Source: Nemertoderma westbladi
Lineage: Eukaryota; Animalia; Xenacoelomorpha
DNA length: 38,803 nucleotides
Assembly: GCA_032718475.1 (NCBI GenBank)
Contig: JAUCBJ010006877.1
Location: 1-38,803 of the forward strand
Direction: 5' to 3'
The notes beneath the pieces were generated by a model. That model saw only the letters and a list, made by a program, of their open reading frames with translations, did no database searches and was not told the origin of the DNA. Made by a program: the position numbers and the translations under genes. Of the stretch, positions 20,055 through 30,899 are shown one piece after another (positions within the stretch are counted from its first letter, which is position 1; the number at the start of each line of letters is the position of its first letter).

Positions 20055-22340
20055 ATAAGTAAGTAAGTAATAAGTATAAAGTCTTTGACAAATTAAATAA
20101 AATTACATTAAGTATAGATGATATAAGAAATTAAATAATAAACATTGGACATTAACTCAGTCGAAAAATAACGGCATCTCATTACTAATAAGGTATCGTA
20201 TGGCCATAGGTGCAAATGAGTTCTGAAATAATTTCGTACGAACGTTTGGCATTGTGTATTTGCTGCGAGTTGAGGTGGACGTTGACTTGGAGGCCATGAT
20301 AAAATCATGTAAGGGGTGTCGGGGTGTGGCCACAATCTTGTTAACCATGTTGACAAATTGAGTGGAGAATGCGTCATTAATATATTTTAAGTACACATGT
20401 CTCTTAGAGTGCCTTGCGTACAGTGATATTGGTTTACGCAGCTTCTTTCTTAGACTGGATGGTGTAAGAGGGACCCAAGCCACAGAACAGTACAAATAGT
20501 GTGGTGCAATGTACGTTTGGAATAGAAATATTTTAGTCTTTTTACTCGCAAACCGAATGAAGAAGCTGAACTGGCGGACTATGTAGTTAACGTTTTTTAT
20601 TAAGTTAGAGACATGGATTTTCCATGACATATTATCTGATATCCACACTGCTCCCAGATGTTTCACCACAGCTGGTCGTGGTACGACATTACCCCCAATT
20701 GTAATCCTTTCCTCTGCAATATCTACGATTTTAGAGTCTTTGAAATTTATTGGAATGAAGCACAGTTCCTCAGACTTCTTTGTGTTCAGCTTCAAGTTTT
20801 TCTTTAATGACAAATCTACAATTTTCTTAATACTTAGCTCATATTTATCATTATCTTTTGAACAACTAATAGAGTACAAGCAACGAGAATCGTCAGAATA
20901 CTTGGCAAGGGAACCATCTTCTTCTCTAATTTCATCTGTATCTTTCGTAAACAATGGACCGCTTAGAGGACCACCTTGAGGAAATCCAACTTTTAGAGTT
21001 ATTGTAGGAGATATAATTCTACCAGATTTAACGCATTGAGAGAAGTTACTCATATAAGACTGTAACCAAGTCACCAACCAGCGCATATCTGTAGGCAGTT
21101 CGTCTAACAGTTTGTTCAAGAATCTGTTCTGCAGTACAGTATTAAAAGCAGAGGAGTAATCTATGAATAGGCATTTTACGATTGTGTGCCTTTTGTCTAG
21201 TGCTCCCGTAATTTGGTGTAATAAATAAAGCACTGCATCCGCAGTTGAATAATCCTTTTTGTACGCAAATTGGAAGATGTCATCGCTATCTACTGTTGCA
21301 GTACGGAAAATTTATAGTGCAATCCTGTCGAGGATCCTTGAGCTTAGTGGAGTAACACATACAGGCCTGAAACTCGTTTTATCTGAGATAGATGAGTTGT
21401 GTCTTTTGGGTAAAGCAGATGTTAGCGCAGAGTTCCAATTTTGAGGATATTTTTGGAGTTGAAAGCTGCCATTAAAAAGGGAGGCATATGGTATTGAAAG
21501 TTCCCTAGCGAATGTTTTATAGCAAGTTGATGATATAATGCTACTTCCTTGGGCAGTATTTGATTTCAATTTACGGATTTGATGTTCAACTTCAAGAGGC
21601 TCAATGACTTTCACATTATTCTCATAGCTAACTCCTTTGTACGTTGGTTCATCTTTGTCCACGTCTTCATTAAACCTAGTAAAGAACTCATTTAGACTCT
21701 CAACTTCTTTCGCATCAAATGTATGAATTTTATGTTTGTTATTGAGGCAGTTGCTTGATAGCTTATATAGTTGATCTTTTGACATACTGCTAAAATCTGA
21801 TTGACGTTTGTTAAATATTAATTTATTAATCTTTCTCTGGCACTCATTTCGCTTGGCATTATCTCTATTCACAATAGCAAGCCTTTTTTCTTCCATTAGT
21901 TCCCTAATACCCTTGATCGGCTGCCGCATATTAAACTTCCTGGTTTTAATCTTTGTCAAGGGTAAGTGTCGATCAATTACATACTTTATGTAGCTTTCAG
22001 TTGTTTCTACATTTTCATCTAGACTCTGGGTTTCATCATAGAAAATATTCCAGTCTGTCTCTTGAAACACTTGTCGCACTTCAGCAACTTTGTCCGAACT
22101 AAAAACCTGAATTCTTTTGTAACATGATTTTGGTTTATAGATGTTCCTACAGTCAATTTTAGGCTTAAGTAGAATAGTCTTATGGCCATGGTCTGAGTTA
22201 CCAATAGGAGCAATTATTAAACATTTGTAAGGGGATGCTGCAGTGACGTAAGCGACATCCAACTGAGATTCTGAGTGAGTGAAAGTGAAAGTGGGTTCAT
22301 CAATCATATTCACTAAATTAAGGGAGTCTAAGTAGTTCAA
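20055..22340 (-). mobile_element. 5'-truncated LINE (Rex1/Babar- or CR1-group-like) with one premature stop in ORF2
   Basis: The two track ORFs share one frame and are separated by a single TAA (21312-21314), after which it reads IFRTATVDSDDIFQFAYKKDYSTADAV. Motifs: EN end (LD..Y, GNSDH), FRPV, FIDYSSAFNT, GFPQG, KYSDD. (CTTA)n tail at about 20055-20070. Confidence 0.9.
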
Positions 22341-22518
22341 TATAAACTATAAACTACCCAATATTTTTAAAACGGTTTTCACTACTAGGAAGACAATAGA
22401 TTTTTAGGAAAAGTCATACAATTTCAGATTCCCAACTGCGTTTTTTTTCAGAATTATAATAAAAACACCACGGGGGGGTGATATTGAACCCCCCCCCCCC
22501 CCCCCCCCCGTCTATTAA

Positions 22519-23597
22519 TCATCCCAGGCATGGAAATCGATCAATCTGCTTACTGGGCGGAAAAGCCAACCAACCACCAAGGTTAAGGCAGAATCACCAG
22601 CCGATCGCCTCAATGGTTGGAAAGCCCACTTTGAAAAACTCCTCAATAATGACAGGGTATTGCCTGATAACTTTATAGAAGTAAAAGTGTCTGAGTCTGT
22701 ACTCCCAGATTTTCCCATTGGCGATATCTCCTTTGCAGAAGTGAAGGCTGCTGCAAAGAGCATTAAGACCAATCGTGCCAGTGGAGTATATGGTGTTCCC
22801 CCTGAGGTCTTTAAAATACCTGAGTGTTTAAAGCTCATCTATCCCATCATAGTAGACATGTACCGAACAACAAGAGTCCCACAAGAAATGAAAACAAATA
22901 AGTTGGTGCCAGTTCCCAAGAAGGGCAACCTAACACTCTATGGTTCTTTTCGGGGAATCTCATTGACCTCGATTGCTGCAAAGCTATACAATAGGATTCT
23001 ATTAAATCGCATCAGGGATCCCATTGAGAGACTGCTCCGTGGAAATCAGAATGGGTTCCGTAAAGGTCGTGGGACCATGGAGCCCATTTTGGCACTTAGA
23101 AGGATAATTGAAGAGTTATCAAAAAAGAAAGACAGGCATCTGGCTGTTATCTTTGTTGACTTCTTCAAGGCCTTTGATCAACAAAAGGACACCAAATCTC
23201 TGGATGGCACATTCACAAGAATGCTACGCCGGGTTCATTGTGTCAAGTACAATGCACACATCTCCAACCAGACACTATATAACATTGGAGGTGTCTCATT
23301 GGTTCCCCCAAGCTTGACACTAGAACAAAATCGCCTCCGCTTTGCAGGACATTGCTTTGGCCGTGAGGACCAGCCAGTGCATAATCGTGTACTTTGGCAG
23401 CCTCATGGAGTGAATAAGCATGGTGGACAGCCCATGACTTTCTTGAGTCGCATCTTAAAGGACACTGGCCTTAAAGATGCGGATGATCTAGCAAATGTCA
23501 TGGGTGATAGGGAGTTGTGGCGGTGCAATTTTGTTGACAAGCCGGCACAGCATTCTTAAAAATGCAGCTGCAATGCAGCATGCCGATCCTAGTAGTA
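22519..23597 (+). mobile_element. RTE-clade LINE fragment with in-frame deletion of the RT core
   Basis: PVPKKG, FRGISL, NQNGFR and FVDFFKAFD are fused directly to LDG.FTRMLR and RLRFAGHC. The QG, YADD and YLG motifs are absent. Short TAGTAG tail. Confidence 0.88.
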
Positions 23598-23725
23598 TTG
23601 ACCACCCCCCCCCCCCCCGGGTTTAATACTGGTTAATGCCGCACAGCTTGTTCCTTCGAAGTTATAACAAATTTTGATATTGAGATTGTGATATTGACCC
23701 CACCCCCCGGGTTTAATACGGTTAA
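23597..23725. repeat. Two copies of a piggyBac-like right end
   Basis: TATTGACC-C-tract-GGGTTTAATAC(T)GGTTAA ends at about 23636 and again at about 23725. A related motif lies at 22470-22518. Confidence 0.5.
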
Positions 23726-25849
23726 ATGGTGTTTCTAAATCTGAAAACCGCTACTTAATACCTCTTTTATTTTTCAAGTTATAATAACAATTTCCATTTA
23801 TGATTCCTATTGAAATTACTATCACTATGTATAATGAAAGGCCGATTATCTCCAAATATTTTTTTATGAAATTCTCATCTTCAAAACCCTACTACTTCTA
23901 CAATTTTTGAGCAATTAGTCTGAAAATATATGTAGGTGTCTAAATAGGCAGCCACCCTGCATAAAAGTATCAGACAACTTTACGAAATTTTTTGTTAATA
24001 AAATTTAATGCTATTTATATAACAAACCTAAAAATATGCATATAAATTTACAGCGCCACCTAGCGGTGCAGAATTATTTTCACAAAATTTGCCTGATAGT
24101 AATGTTTCCCCATCTTTGCTCTATCATATAATTAGATTCAAAACTGTAAAACAATTCGATCAGATTTGGGACTAATTCTATTGTATTGTAGCGCTATACA
24201 AATGTCATCAAACCTGAAAGAGGGAAACAAACTGATAGTTTTAGATCCCTATAAGGCGGACAGCTAGCCTAACTATACTGCAGCATGTATCCATACCGGT
24301 TCAGGTAGTGAGATTCTACAGTACAGCAGTACTATGGTACATCTCAGTCAGCAAGTATTTTTATATACTCCACCGAGTATACACATACATGGTGACATGG
24401 ACTTACGCGAACGCATTTCGTGTAGGCCTATGAACTGCTTATATTTGCTCTATTATAATTGCTGCATTATAGTTAAGAAAAAAAGAAACTGCTCTGCCGC
24501 AACACACTGATGGCTACTGGTACCAGTAATGACATCAACATGGTCGCTATCAAGCTGCTCCTGTTCTGGGCATATAACCCATGTGTGATTCACACAGGCA
24601 AAGGTGTAGTTTCACCTCTCGGGGATTGTCAATGACTTGACAAAATACTTCCACATCGTTGCGTCCCTCGACCAGCCAACCGCCACCCACCTCCACCCTC
24701 CCTGCCCGCCCACCACCACCAGGCGGTACGAGGGACTCATTGTTTGTCGCAGTGGCATCAACAAAGTGGCAAGCGGCTGCCACAAGTGGTAGGCAGCACT
24801 CCGCTGGTCATACAGTAGCAATAGAGTCTTAGGTTGAGTTAATAGATTGGCTTGTTATTGGTTGTGGCAAGATCCAGCCAGATTTATTAATATATTGACT
24901 GTGTTGTAGTGAGTGTTAAGTTTACAATAATATTTAAGGAATGGATGAATGAACTGATGAATGACGGTTATTGAAAATAATATATAATTGGTTGTATCAA
25001 ACACATATCTCATTGTATTATACTACAGGCCTACTATTTTAAAACATGTACAAACATGTAATATATTACGTATTACGTATAAATGGGGTAAAAAGTTGGG
25101 GCATAGCGAAATGAAATAAAAAAAACAAATTAGAATAAAATAAATTCGGAGTTTTTTATTTAAAACAAAAAAATTAAATTAAAAAAAATATAAAAACTAT
25201 TTAATAAACTAATTACTTATTTTTGTTTTACTAGATGAACCAGTTGTAAAACCATTTACCCCGCTGGGGGTATAGATTATTTTTACTGTATTATATGTAA
25301 TATTGTTTATTTGGTCTACCATGATCCGTTTTTATTTTTATTTCTGTTTTATTTTGAAGTGTTTACGTATCAAGGTCCATTTTTTTACATTTTAAACTTG
25401 AATTATGTATAGCCTATTTGCAGTACAATTCCTATTGTTTATGTGTGGCCTATTTACAGTACAATTTTAATAGAGTGTAATAATATTAATAATAATTTTA
25501 AAATAATCCCGGCATTTAATTCGACAGAATTAGATCTCATTTTTAATAATCTTCCCAGTTTAGTTCTACGAAACATTTTGGACAGTGCCATTCTTCTAAC
25601 AGGGTTAGTGTATATGCGTCTCTAGTTAAATCTCTGAAAAACTCTGAAGTTAAATATAGATGAAGGTTGATGGGAGGGCGGAGCCATTAGTGGAACAAGT
25701 GAGCTACGATTGGATGATTAATTACTGTTTTCCTATTGGTTCTGGCAGATCTGTTAAGGCTGTCACTAATGTTTTCAGTGCACAGTACCAGTGCCGCACC
25801 GGTATGTCATTACTTCGAAGTCTCTTGCTATGATTCTCTATAAGCAAAC

Positions 25850-26160
25850 ATAATTTCAAATCTGGAAGTGAGGCGTTCCCGAGAATTTTAACTTTACTTC
25901 TTAACCTTTGAGCCCTTAAAGCACTTCTCTCTCGTAGCAGACGTCAGACTGCATGATTATTTACAAAACGTTATAAAAAATTTTACTAAACTTTCCCTCT
26001 ACTCCTTACCTACTAAGTTTGCTTCAATTCCGAACCAGCGATGCGGAGAAATTCGCGTTCAAAAATTTAGCAGACAGACATACGGACGGACGGACGGGCA
26101 GACAGACGGACATGCCACATTTATACCAAAGCTCGCCGACTACATGTCTCGCCCCCCATA
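25850..26160 (+). mobile_element. HINE/DINE-1-like (Helentron-associated) non-autonomous element
   Basis: Mixed (GACA/GACG)n microsatellite at about 26071-26111 followed by a short 3' segment, an architecture typical of this class. Boundaries are approximate. Confidence 0.45.
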
Positions 26161-26187
26161 CAATACATTAATATTATGCATTAATAT

Positions 26188-26825
26188 CTGCATTAATATT
26201 ATGCTCATTAGAACCGCAATGGCCGATTTAGTGGGGGTAGACAACTTCAAAACAAACGCAGAGCGAATAGTTCTTGAGATATCGCAGAAAATGTGAAGTC
26301 CGGCACAAGTCTACACTACCGCCTTGATGCAATATGGAAAAATCCTCAAAAAATTTTATTTTGAATTATCTCAAGGAACCAAGAATAGACACATCACAGA
26401 AGTGATCGATGTAGTGGGTATAGATAGACACCTTTAAAATAAGAGTAGAGTCATTAGTTCTTGAGTTATTTTACAAAATGTCAAGACTATATCCACCAAT
26501 TAATACTTGATATTGAGTTGACCCATTCAACACATTTTGTACAAAAACTATAGTGAATTAATGACTACTCTTTCATTATGAAGGTGTCTGTATACACTAA
26601 ATCAATTTGTTGCAGTGATGTGTCTATTCTTGATTCTTTGAGATAATTCAAAATAAAATTTTTTGAGGATTTTGCCATATTGCATCAAAGCGGTAGTGTA
26701 GACTTGTGCCGGACTTCACAATTTCTGCAATATCTCAAGAACTATTCGCCCTATGTTTGTTTTGAAGTTGGTCTACCCCCACTAAATCGGCCATTGCGGT
26801 TCTAATGAGCATAATATTAATGCAG
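26188..26825. mobile_element. Foldback/MITE with about 295-bp terminal inverted repeats
   Basis: CTGCATTAATATTATGCTCATTAGAACCGCAATGGCCGATTTAGTGGGGGTAGAC... matches the reverse complement of the right end. The arms run to about 26482 and 26533, with a spacer of about 50 bp. Confidence 0.92.
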
Positions 26826-28221
26826 TAGGAGAACTCAAAGTTGGCCATCGCGAAAATTTAGAAATATCATCACTTTGCGCCAAATGGTAGGTTCTGTCCA
26901 TGTGCCTGTGGCACTACTTCCCTTGATCCAAAAATTAAAATTTTTGGTTCTAACTAAGTTTGGACCCAATTGATGACATTTGATGCAAGCAGGAAGTTCT
27001 TTCTTGAGTCATTGATCTTTCATCAATGTGTTATATTGTTATAAATTTCATTATGGTGCATCGTGGCGGCACAAAATTTCAACCCTCTTGGGATCCGTGA
27101 AGATATAGACGAAATTTAATGAAATTTTTTTGCCTTACTTTTTTACCATTTGGCAACTTTTGTGCACCGGTAGAACAATGAAATCGAAAAAAAGTAAAAA
27201 ACGCACCACCCTACAGTACAGTAGGTCATGCAATATTAATCAAGGAATTCATAATTATTATGTAGGCTATACTGTATTAAAACCGAACCACTACAGGCGC
27301 CAACAATAAGCCTTCTGATTTTATATCTAATCCAAGAAATTAAAACCAAAACTAAAGTGGTGGGAATTAAAAAACCACAGGGTAACCATGAATGACAACA
27401 AAACAAAAGTAATTAGTCATGCCCAATCATTTAGTCATAAACATATTACAGTACAAAGTTGAAATTTTTCGCCAATCAGTTCAAGCATATCATTGTTAAA
27501 ATCTATCTTACCATTTCCTCTCTTTATAGCTGCTCGTGATAACAATAATGGAATATCGCAATCTACAATATTAACAAATAAATATAAGCGTTTATTACCA
27601 AGTTGTATTGGTAATATTGCCTTCTTGCTGGACAAATGCCGATTTCCATCACCGAAATGAAACCAAACATTACTCTTTTCCCAGTAAATATCTCTTTGAT
27701 CACTACAACTCAGGGAATCAATGTAACATTCCAACCAAACCTTCCCAGCAACGGTAGTGACACAACCGGTGTCAAGAGCAGCATAATTTAATGTTTCTGA
27801 CAATGACTGATCTTCTGTAACAATATCAACATCCGTATAAAGATTTATATGAACATCTTCCATTTCTGTATATAGCTGTAAATTATCAGCAGCTTGTTTT
27901 TATTGACAATCAGATTCATAATATATCGACAAACAAACTCCACAATGTGTTGGTCGTCCATATTGATCAGATGGATTCAATCGCGATGTAGCGTCGGTCC
28001 CACCCCCCCCCCCCCCCCGGTTGAACTCGAGAGTAATGAGACCGGGTTGATTCATCTGATTGAAATTACCACCTTGTCTTCTAAAACCTCCTCCATAATT
28101 CCGAAATCCTTGGCGTCCAGTTCTTAAATTTCCTCGGTTATGATTAAATCAACGATGTCGAAATCTTCCTCGACTGAAATAACCATAGTAACATTCATTA
28201 TCCTCCACATATCCATCATTG

Positions 28222-28479
28222 TGAATAAGACAATATGATAATCATGATAATCATCAATATGATAACGAACTTGTACTTTCCTTTACTTTCCTTTGAGTGA
28301 GTAGTTGGCCTTAATATGATCTCCCACTCCACAGCGAAATATTCATCCGGTCTGGTAGCTCAGTACACTCACCCGGCTGATGATAACCAGAAGTTTGAAA
28401 CCTAGGTACCGGGTTCGAGCCCCAATAGGGCCGGTTGATATTTTTCGCTATGGAGAGCATTATCATATTGTCTTATTCA
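28222..28479 (+). mobile_element. 258-bp inverted-repeat-bounded element carrying a tRNA-like unit with an embedded hammerhead ribozyme
   Basis: Perfect 21-bp IR TGAATAAGACAATATGATAAT (28222-28242 / 28459-28479). An inner imperfect IR spans about 28327-28350 / 28431-28455. A-box-like TAGCTCAGT, B-box GGTTCGAGCCC, and T5 at 28441. Confidence 0.8.
28371..28414 (+). ncRNA. Minimal type-I hammerhead ribozyme
   Basis: Stem I ACCCGG/CCGGGT; core CTGATGA; stem II (T)AAC-CAGAA-GTT(T); core GAAA; stem III C-CTAG-G with a palindromic loop; cleavage triplet GTA (predicted cut after 28408). Confidence 0.82.
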
Positions 28480-28993
28480 ATTCTAGTGGGTTTGGTTTTA
28501 ATCTTTATCTCGGTTTCTTTAGTACTAGACGTATACCGCCGTCAATTATTTGGTAACTGAGGTCGTTATGGACATTTTACTAATAGAGACAAATGTTGCA
28601 CATATGGAATTATATGCCTCGTTTTAAAATTAATAAAAAACTTATTAATTATATATTATTTTTAAAATCAATGTAGTTTCCAATAATGGAGCTTGAACAA
28701 CTGAATCATATTTTGGCCTCATACAGTTACTCAAAGGAAAGTACAGCGTTATTCCCGTGCTCTGCTCATTATCCCTCTGGTAACTCTGTTGTCTTAAGAC
28801 ATGGTTTTTTAAGGGGATTAGGCTACCTACAAATAGCTATTTATTTCAAAATATAATAAAATGATTTATTTTTTCTCCCTTCAGCAAAGCCATTATATCA
28901 GACCATGGCCCCCAAATGTTTCAGCTGTGATTTTCCATAATATAATTTTTCAATATTTACTTTCATGAAAACTGTTAAAGCTGTCTATTGCAG

Positions 28994-29868
28994 GAAGTGA
29001 CGTCCCGAACAATCACTACTCCTACTCCATTGTCGACGTCCCAAGCACCCACTACTCCTCCAAATGTTTTACCAACTACTCCTACTACAACTACTTTTCC
29101 ATATTACGAAAAAAGATGCCGTGACAAATTCAATAGAGAATGCCCTAACCTTAATAAATACCTATATTATACCTATACCTTAATTCTTTTGGACAAAGGG
29201 TGGTGAGATGCAAGGCCGATAATGTTGCAATACAAATGCAATTGAGAACCGACAATGTCAACTTTAAGCGGAGTTGGGCTGTATACATTAATGGATTTGG
29301 TAGAATTGGTGGAAGTTATTGGCTGGGCTTAAAAAACATACAAAGTCTAACAAATGCTCATAGAGTAATATGGCGCTTAGGTATTAGAATTGATTATAAT
29401 GGATTTTACTATTGCAGCTCATATGAAAGTTTCAAAGTTATTGGATCCGATTCCAAACTTTCTATCTCTGGCTACAGTAAACCCGATTACTACCATGGTG
29501 TAGAAGATGTAGACATTTTAGACAAGTCCCGTCTTTGCATACGAAACTTATGATTCCTTAACGCCTTTGAATGGAATGGGTTTCAGCACAAAAGATCGTG
29601 ATCGTGTTGAATGGACGTCTGGAAGTATGGCGGTGGTGGAAGTTGGTGGTATAAGTACTATTCGGTTAGTAATGTTAATGGCCAGAAATACAGTACGAAA
29701 TTCAAGACATATCTATCAATAGGAATCTTTTGGTCTCAGGGTAACTTATACAGGGCGCAAGGATCGGAAATGTGGCTTGGTTTCAATGGTCGCACAACCG
29801 ATTGGCACAAACGATTCAAATATCCACACATTCCTCATTTTCAAACTGTTATAAGTGACGGTTTATAG
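28994..29868 (+). pseudogene. Fibrinogen-related domain (FReD) exon with Thr/Pro-rich linker, frameshifted
   Basis: NFKRSW..YINGFG...YWLGL..I..LT, DSL...NGMGFSTKDRD, SWWY....SNVNG, GIFW and SEM fall in successive different frames (shifts near 29190, 29530 and 29610). Possible acceptor TTGCAG| at 28993. Confidence 0.78.
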
Positions 29869-30899
29869 GTTGCGGTTATTATTATATATTATTTTCTATT
29901 CTACATAAACCTGAAAACGCTACGAATACATCTACACATGCCTACACTTACACCTACTTAGGTAGGCAGGTTAGTAAAGAAGCAGGTTACAGAGGTAGGC
30001 GCATTGAAAGGAATCAAAACAATAAACGATAGGTAGGAAACATTTTCTATTGAAAATCAACATTTTGAGGATTCAAATTCAGATATATTGGTTTACCGGC
30101 AGGCTGTTACATGTATCTGTAAGAGTGTGTAAGCGTGTCTAGGTATCTGTAGGTCTTACAGGACTATCCTTATATCAACTTCGGAGACCCAGAAACCAAT
30201 ATATCGCCTTATTAGCCGATAGCTGAATAACGGCATTAATTATCACCCCATGGTTGTACAACCTACTGTAATATTCATTATAATATTTAAATGATACATC
30301 AATCTACACTGGCTAGGCCTATAATTACTTATTGCATGGTAAATAATGTAGACTTTATTTTCTTTATACTCTAGATATTTTATTCACCGGGAGTACCGAG
30401 GTTAGTAAAGAATCGAGAGCATAGTGAAAATATGGTCATGTTGTTTATCGTGCATTATACTGACGATATGTATTAAAAGTAAATAAAGAAATAAAATATC
30501 TTTGGGTAAGTTTTGGTACTTTTATACTAATACACAGTTCCTCCGAAATAGGATGCTTAACGACCCTGCCACTGAAATTTTATTGAATTATTCTTATTAT
30601 TATTATTCTAGAAGGTTTCTGCCTAAAAATGTCAGCGAATTTTAGAGGCGAATATACACTTTTCAAGCTGAATATACTATATTTGCAGAAATATATATAG
30701 ACATATACAGACATATAATTATTGTCAGTTCGAGAATAGAATAGATGGATATAATAGCTGATGCAAATTAATTTGTATAACTACTGAGGTTGTAGGCCGA
30801 AGTAATTATCACCAGAGACATGAACACAGACCTCCTAAACTAATCAAAACTAATCGGTACCTACACCGACTATCCTAAATGCAAGAAAAGACTCCAACG

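Larger units (their letters stand above)
27435..28530 (-). mobile_element. LTR retrotransposon gag-protease remnant (Copia, GalEa-like), interrupted by the 28222-28479 element
   Basis: RG-rich gag end, decayed knuckle LNPSDQYGRPTHCGVCLSIYYESDC*, and aspartic protease AALDTGC...FHFGDG...DIPLLLS...IDF. Confidence 0.72.

Noticed and set aside
28349-28432. Functional tRNA gene
   Set aside because: The D arm is incomplete, there is no anticodon arm, and the T and acceptor stems have mismatches. Treated as tRNA-derived.
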